Shown here: in pieces, positions 56,255 through 64,000 of the stretch
How positions within the stretch are numbered: position 1 is the first letter of the stretch
How the letters are laid out: every line of letters begins with the position of its first letter
Assembly (NCBI RefSeq): GCF_947568905.1
Contig: NC_079168.1
Location: forward strand, 93,930,001-93,994,000
Length of the DNA stretch: 64,000 nucleotides
Origin: Ostrea edulis
Taxonomy: Eukaryota
Direction of reading: 5' to 3'
Program-made: the position numbers and the translations under genes
Notes under the pieces: generated by a model
Seen by the model: only the letters and a program-made list of their open reading frames with translations
Databases searched by the model: none
Told to the model about the DNA's origin: nothing

Positions 56255-57684
56255 TTACAATTCATCAGGGTTTGAATGTTGTGAACTACAATGCTTCACA
56301 GCAGCATTCTGTTCTTGAAGTGCTAACGCATTTCATGAAGCATGCTGATGTAAAACGTCATAGTAACGAGTTCATTCCTCCATTCAAAATTGAATTTTAA
56401 TTCCTTAGATAAATGGTTTCTTTCTTCACAAAATTAGGGAAGGTGTGTAATTCCATTAGATTTATTGTGTTAAATTTTCAGTTCCTCTAAATGATGACAC
56501 AAACTTTACGTTATGTGAGCAAGAATCTTCAATAGAATGATAGAGAAAAAACATCTGTCTACAAGAGAGAGTAGCAGCTTAAATGTTTGTTGTAGGTGCC
56601 TACCGTAGCCTGCCTATTTTGCATTCAGTGATGGGTTTTCGAAAGACAATATGTTCATTAACAAAATCTTCTTAATATTTGTGGAGTACAGATCCATTTT
56701 CAGGCAAGGCAGTAGTGTGGTTCATTTCAGTGGACATAGGTTTAGACATGTACAGTGCTTTGTGAAGCTTAAAATTGTAATGAGAATTGCATTGGTCCTT
56801 TAGTGAAAATGATATAAAAATGTATATCAGATGAAGTAAACGATCATGTTCTCCACAGCACATCTTACAGACACTTGATTTCTTTGAGACCAAGCTCTGA
56901 ACAGCTGATAGCCATTAATGTGAAGGACATCACTGATTTGTCTACATGTATGTGCAAAATGACAAACTGTGGGGTGGGTTTTTTTTCCATAATCCCAAAA
57001 GAAGTGGAAAAAATTTGTTTAGTTCAAAGGTTACAGATTATATGATTCACATACATGTACTATTAATTTTAGTTTTTTTGGACAATCATAATACCTGTGC
57101 CTAGTGCTCTGTTTGATACGGTGTTGCAGATCATGATATGTAATTTGGCTATCTATTACATTTTCAACAATAAAATACTGGAATTGAATACGTAAGATCG
57201 TAAATACCGAGTTAGCGGAACTCTCTTGTAAAGAAGTCCGGAAAAGTTGGCATTTTTTGTTTATTCAAACATGGCATCGGAAGACGATTTAACCTCCATG
57301 TGTCTGCCACAATTAAGGTATTCCATGTATAATGAAAGGATAATGAACAATTCTGAACGATTTAGATCAACATAAAAGTTTATTGTTTAATAATGATGAA
57401 AGTGAAACAGATGAAATTCACATGACTGGTAAATGATTAGAAGCTGATCTTTTTACACTTAAGACTTTTTGGAAGAGTTGTCTGTCCTTTGTAAATTAAA
57501 GAAAAATCTAATTTTCTAAAAATGTGTGTGGTCAATGATTAATTTTATTTCATATTTTCATAAAAAGAAAGTGTATGTAACTTTCTACCAAGAGATTAGT
57601 ATGAAAATATAATTTGTTTTTAAAATATTATAATAAAACATGCTTTTCCCATATACTTCAATGTTAAATTCTAGGTGAAATAAA
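56255..57684 (+). repeat. Left arm of a 1.43-kb inverted repeat
   Basis: Reverse complement of 62495-63927 along its length with scattered substitutions (about 5 amino-acid differences in the mirrored 63-codon spurious ORFs). Confidence 0.95.
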
Positions 57685-58172
57685 GGACGGCTTAACAATC
57701 GGTATGAAAGACGTCAGACAGCATTTAACCCAATGATAGCTTGTATTGACGAACTAGATCGTTATATCGACCATAGAATTTGCGAAATGCTGACTTCAAT
57801 AGAGACTGTTGAAACCACTGTACTATCAAGTTGTTTGTCAGTAGCTTACCTTGATGTAAAAACTGACTATACCCAGAACAAGCTCTTGCATATCGAATCA
57901 GTTGAGATATATAAACACCATATGCAGGTGATAATGGAATATTGCTACATAAATGTGGGAAGTTGACGATGGAGAAGCTGAAATCATCCCGTTTGTCATA
58001 CAGCTGAGTTGTTAGTTTGCCGTTAATGTCTACTTTCAATAAAATATATAAGTATGAAGCAGAAGTGGACGACTCTGTGGTGTCCTTTATTTCGAGCTCA
58101 CAGGGATATATCAAATCGACATATGAATGAAAGCTATCATTATTAATAGACAAAACGTCATCGATACAATGC
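57685..58172 (-). mobile_element. Penelope-like retroelement fragment (RT C-terminus/thumb)
   Basis: IDDVLSINN...IYPCELEIKDTT...LYDKRDDFSFSIVNFP...AYGVYISQLIRYARAC...FRKFYGRY; the ORF ends after RT with no downstream GIY-YIG, as in RT-last (Naiad-type) PLEs. Confidence 0.7.
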
Positions 58173-58344
58173 AGTACATATATTAAACAAATTTGATATT
58201 TTGCATATCGATATGAATGCTTGAAATAAGTATTGATAGACGTTGCACATTCTGTATATTGGATGTTTTCAATGACAATTACAATACGCATATAAGAGGA
58301 CTATTGTTTATCAGTTAGTAATGAGCATGTAATGTTTTTTAAAG

Positions 58345-60230
58345 TACCTGTGCCAACAATTAGTTGCACTCGAAGTCCAACAAGTGAACACACATATGCA
58401 CTAACTGATGAAAACTTGGTTAACATTGACACTCCTAGTGAGGCAGACATAAAGGCACACTTGACATCCCTGATGGTAGAAAACAAACATATAAAGGTAT
58501 GTGTAAGTTTTATATTGATGTTATAAATATGTAACCAAATATTTCTCAATTTTTAGGATCTTAACCATGTATTTTGTATGGAGAGGGATTATGTTTTAGC
58601 AATGCCTGCTGTCCAATCCAGTTAATATTTCTAGTTTAAAACTATATCTTATTATGTAGAAAACATGTTTTCTACATTATAAAATATGGGTTAAAACTAG
58701 AAACTATGTCCAACTGATTCTTAACTATTTTATAGTTTGTTGTCGAGTGCCACTTGGTAAGGCAAACAATTAAAAAATGATTTGTTTGATATACTCGAAC
58801 CCACCCACCCTCATACCCAATCTGTTTAAGACTTACACAGGGAGTTAATTTTTTTTTTTACCAAACTTTTAAATTTTTTTTTTTAGATTTAATTGAATAT
58901 TGGCCTCAATTCTAGGTTTTAAAAGTAATTTCTCTTTTTTAAAAAAAAGATCTACCTATCAACTCCCCTTGAATTAAAAAATATTGTATAATTGTAGCTT
59001 CACACTTGTTAATAGAAATCTTGATACATAATATGGCAAAATTAGGTCCATATATTTTGAAATTTTAATTTTACATGTTTGATATTGAATTTGTCAAGAT
59101 TTTAAATTTCTCATTCATTTTTCAAAGAAGATGTACTACCCTGGAAGAGAAAGCCAAAGGTCTTCGAACACAGCTTAAGAACACAAAGTGTGAACTGAAG
59201 GAAACCAAAAAGTATGCTGATGAGCTCAGTGACAAATTGGATGAAAAAGACAAACTATAAAGGGAACTTCTTCTAGAAAAATTAACAAAAAACCGATAAA
59301 AATGTAAGTGTTTTAGGATTACCTAGTATTGTATTTCTGATGGGTTTATTTGACATATTGAAGTCACATGGATCAAAGATGAAGTACTGGACTCGACAGT
59401 CATCTAGTGAAGAAAAGGAATGGCAGCAAGCAAATCGAAAAAAAAACAACAACAGGGAAGCCTCGGAAATTAAAATTGTTTGAAAAATTTATTTTAACTC
59501 TACTAAGTCTTCGCTTAGGTTTAAATACATATTTCCTTGCTATGCTTTTTGGTATTACACAGTCACTTGTATCATTCACTTTTACATCATGGATTTCTTG
59601 TATGGAACAAGAGTTGTTGCCCCTTTTGAAATGGCCTTCAAGGAAACAAATTCAAAGACACATTCCACTTTCATTCAAATTGAAGTATTCCTAGATGCCA
59701 CTGAATTCTTTGTTCAGCGTCCCAGAAATCCCACAACTGAAAGTCGAACTTGGTCAAATTATAAATCTAAAAACACATTTAAAGCGCTTGTGGGCATAAC
59801 ACCAAATGTTGCATTTTCTTTCATATCTGATCTTTGGTCAGGAAATATATCTGACAGGTGTATCACAGAGAAAAGTGGGTTCTTGGATTACATTCAGAGG
59901 GGTGACCATGTGATGGCTGATCGTGGATTTCTCACCAATGACTTGTTACTACCAAGAGGTGCGTTTTTAAATATGCCACCGTTTACAAGAGCATGTCGCC
60001 ATGGTAAAGGGAGGTACTTGACAGTTAAAGAAATCAGGCAATCTAAAAGCATTGCATCTCTGAAGATACCTGTAGATCGTGCCATCCAAAGACTGAAATC
60101 ATATCAGTTTAATTCTCAGTGGAACTTTTACATAAATTCAATACCAGTGGCAAATCAGGCTTTTAAGGTGTCTGCAGTGTTATGCAACTTTATGAAACCT
60201 CTGGTGAAAAAAGTAAACACATGGAATAAA
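58345..60230 (+). pseudogene. Degenerate ISL2EU/Harbinger-type transposase (THAP exon lost)
   Basis: Exon 58345-58496 (VPVPTI...EHTY), coiled coil about 59127, HTH (FILTLLSLRLGL), LDATEFFVQRP, MADRGF, VDRAIQRLK (third catalytic E replaced by D); stops and frameshifts. Confidence 0.88.
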
Positions 60231-60301
60231 TTTAAGCCACTAAAGAAAAAGATTTGTTATTTACATAATTTTATTTGTAGATATGTTGGAGTAGAATGAA
60301 T

Positions 60302-62385
60302 TTACACAGATATTTTAGGAAATGCGTACTTTCTGTAAAACACAGTTAATCTATCTGAAATGTTTTCCCAAAATTTAGCATCAAAATTAACTTTGTGGAT
60401 AAAAATATCAACATGTGTATGTATTATTAAGTCGCACCATTTCCTTTTTGTAACAGCAAGTTGGCACTGAATTTGGCAAAAATATGGTGAGGATTCATTT
60501 GTTTTCAAAGAAGGGACTCCTTGTTCAATCTTAAATATTTTTGAATCATGACAAACAGCATCTTAAGCAGTCATCTGAGCACATGAAAAAGGACATTTAA
60601 TTTCTATAAAACCTTTTCCACAGCAATTACATTGCACTAAACCATCGGATGATGCACCAATGAATGGGAAGTCATTATAGATAACTAACCCACTAAGATC
60701 ACAAGAAAAACTATTGTGGTCTATATTCTACTTTTCAACATACAAATCTCTGGCTTTATTTTCACACTTTTCCCCATGATTCAAAGAAGCTATATTGTTG
60801 TATGTCATATTATTGTGATCTAACATTTGTTTTAAAAGATTTCCATTTTCATTTCTACCAGTAAAATGCAAACAACTGTGTACAACAGAGGCAGTTATTC
60901 TGCCATATCTTTGATAAAACCAAACATCACAACTACTCTGAGATTTACTCTCCATGAATATTTCCTTGCAAACATTTTTCTCATAATATGTTTTCAGGAT
61001 ATTAACAAAATGTTCATATGATTGATCAGCAGATTTCGCAAGATCAAGTACATTACTGTGAATAGAATTTTCAAATTCGTATTCAGATTCTGAGCTATCT
61101 GACAAAGTATAAGTAGCACAAACTTCTAATTTTTGAGTTTTCATAAGTTTGTATATTTTTTTCTCAATGACATTACTCTCTGTTTCATTTTGTTGTAAAT
61201 GAACAGGTTTATAGAATTGTTCAGTTGGTTTTGCTGGAGTTTCACAGTTGGGCTCCTTTCGCAAGTCCAGTTGAACAACTTTGATAGGTCTAGAAGATCT
61301 TGTTGGGTTCGTCCACTTTGCTAACTCGATCAGTGACAGAAAAAAAGTTTATAAGCTCCAGTTATTTAGAAGGTCCAATTTTTTATTGAAGCAAAGTTAA
61401 ATCATTGTCATCCTTTTGAAAAATTTATTTTCCTTTATAATATCACAGAAATCTTTAGTCAGATAGAATTTTATACCATTAAGATATAATCTCTTTTATC
61501 ATAAAGGTTTAAGTTGCATGCAAAATCTACAAAAGTGTATTAGGGCAGCAGTGGTATCTTTTACTACTATTTATCATACCAAATCATCAATTTGAAATAA
61601 GAATTATCAGTTTGTTATAACAAATTATCAGTATGATTTAACTATAATGTACATGTAATTATTAAATTTTCATTTAAAAAAAACCCAACAAATTACTAAT
61701 TTGTTATAATAATTAATAAACTGATAATACTGTCAAATAGTTTGATCAGTTAAGTCAGATTCCACTAATCACTATACTAAAATCTTATCCTGCGCTCGTT
61801 GAATGGATCAAAGGATCATACTTTTTATATTGTTGTTTATATAACAATACAAGAGTTTACATACGCTACACATGTGCATTCTCCGGAGTGTTTGACTCCT
61901 TCAACATCAACCAAGATCCAAAGGTTATATGGGGCAGCAGACTGTCTCTCTTCTGGTGTGCATTGGGCCCGAATGTAACGGGACTTGTCATCCAGAAACG
62001 TCATCATTACGTTACTGATGTGTCCATTGCTGTGTAATCGATAACTATTGTCATTCTTGTAAGATTTCAATCTATCATTAGTCCACGCACACTTACTTTT
62101 TAGATAAAATTGTACATCAAACCTTTCTATATTGGGAAGATCAGTCAAGTCGCCTTTCCATTTTAAATCAGTGCAGACTGGATTGGGGTACACTTTTCCA
62201 TTGATTGTGCGTCGTGAATCTCGACTTTTATCATCGTTGTCCAAATCGGTCTTCGTTGGAATATCCTGACGTAAAGCTTCGCGAGCCAAATCTAGGAGTT
62301 CATATTTTCTGTACCCAGACGTTTTTACACCCCTTTCATTCAAAAATGCTTGTAAGGTATTCAATGTATAATGACCATATCTCAT
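60302..62385 (-). pseudogene. Degenerate SAP-like + SWIM + YqaJ gene, convergent with the transposase
   Basis: LQAFLNERGVKTSGYRKYELLDLA (SAP-like), GECTCVA/GT donor at 61865, QRYGRITAS, FIGASSDG...IEIKCPF, YFCQIQCQL; frameshifted; no PHD. Confidence 0.85.
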
Positions 62386-62494
62386 ATCTAATAAATGGAT
62401 GGTGGAATATTTGTAATCATGGTATCATTTTGAAGGGTTCGTCAAATAAAAATAATCCACCATAGGAATTTTCAAAATTTTGTTTCATGTTTGA

Positions 62495-63927
62495 TTTATT
62501 TCACCTCGAATTTAACATTGAAGTGTATGGGAAAAGCATGTTTTATTACAATATTTTAAAAACAAATTATATTTTCATACTAATCTCTTGGTAGAAAGTT
62601 ACATACACTTTCTTTTTATGAAAATATGAAATAAAATTAATCATTGACCACACACATTTTTAGAAAATTAGATTTTTCTTTAATTTACAAAGGACAGACA
62701 ACTCTTCCAAAAAGTCTTAAGTGTAAAAAGATCAGCTTCTAATCATTTACCAGTCATGTGAATTTCATCTGTTTCACTTTCATCATTATTTAACAATAAA
62801 CTTTTATGTTGATCTAAATCGTTCAGAATTGTTCATTATCCTTTCATTATACATGGAATACCTTAATTGTGGCAGACACATGGAGGTTAAATCGTCTTCC
62901 GATGCCATGTTTGAATAAACAAAAAATGCCAACTTTTCCGGACTTCTTTACAAGAGAGTTCCGCTAACTCGGTATTTACGATCTTACGTATTCAATTCCA
63001 GTATTTTATTGTTGAAAATGTAATAAATAGCCAAATTACATATCATTGTCTGCAACACCGTATCAAACAGAGCACTAGGCACAGGTATTATGATTGTCCA
63101 AAAAAACTAAAATTAATAGTACATGTATGTGAATCATATAATCTGTAACCTTTGAACTAAACAAATTTTTTCCACTTCTTTTGGGATTATGAAAAAAAAA
63201 AAACCCACCCCACAGTTTGTCATTTTGCACATACATGTAGACAAATCAGTGATGTCCTTCACATTAATGGCTATCAGCTGTTCAGAGCCTGGTCTCAAAG
63301 AAATCAAGTGTCTGTAAGATGTGCTGTGGAGAATATGATCGTTTACTTCATCTGGTATACATTTTTAAATCATTTTCACTAAAGGAGCAATGCAATTCTC
63401 ATTACAATTTTAAGCTTCACAAAGCACTGTACATGTCTAAACCTATATCCACTGAAATGAACCACACTACTGCCTTGCCTGAAAATGGATCTGTACTCCA
63501 CAAATATTAAGAAGATTTTGTTAATGAACATATTGTCTTTCGAAAACCCATCACTGAATGCAAAATAGGCAGGCTACGGTAGGCACCTACAACAAACATT
63601 TAAGCTGCTACTCTCTCTTGTAGACAGATGTTTTTTCTCTATCATTCTATTGAAGATTCTTGCTCACATAACGTAAAGTTTGTGTCATCATTTAGAGGAA
63701 CTGGAAATTTAACACAATAAATCTAATGGAATTACACACCTTCCCTAATTTTGTGAAGAAAGAAACCATTTATCTAAAGAATTAAAATTCAATTTTGAAT
63801 GGAGGAATGAACTCGTTACTATGACGTTTTACATCAGCATGCTTCATGAAATGCATTAGCACTTCAAGAACAGAATGCTGCTGTGAAGCATTGTAGTTCA
63901 CAACATTCAAACCCTGATCAATTGTAA
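62495..63927 (-). repeat. Right arm of the 1.43-kb inverted repeat
   Basis: Reverse complement of 56255-57684. Confidence 0.95.
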
Positions 63928-64000
63928 CTGTTATATCTGTAATTTTAGTAGACCTCTAAATATGTATTTATTCATCTTCTTATTGAACACCAGAATAACT

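Noticed and set aside
56188-63510. Mirrored short ORFs in the inverted arms (56188-56400, 56672-56893, 63319-63510)
   Set aside because: No domain features; their duplication just reflects the inverted repeat.

Overview
AT-rich eukaryotic DNA, most likely from an oyster or related bivalve (HindIII/Cg170-type satellite monomers inside Helentron-like elements, Meta-domain SINEs). I found no host protein-coding gene; the window is almost entirely nested transposable elements. Main contents: (1) an apparently intact autonomous ISL2EU/PHIS DNA transposon (3161-9132) with two convergent spliced genes, a THAP-HTH-DDE transposase and a SWIM-YqaJ nuclease ending in an ING-type PHD finger; (2) the 5' half of a decayed Ty3/Gypsy element whose Gag begins with a ComEA-like helix-hairpin-helix motif (14314-17160); (3) a young, full-length errantivirus-like Ty3/Gypsy provirus (43504-52639) with gag, -1-frameshifted pol, an unexplained 122-aa ORF behind a splice acceptor, and an N-terminally truncated F-type env; (4) a degenerate ISL2EU-like gene pair enclosed by 1.43-kb inverted repeats (56255-63927); (5) P-element transposase relics, several MITEs with resolvable TSDs, SINEs, Penelope-like fragments and short tandem arrays. 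All calls were made by eye; family names come from motif recognition, not database searches.
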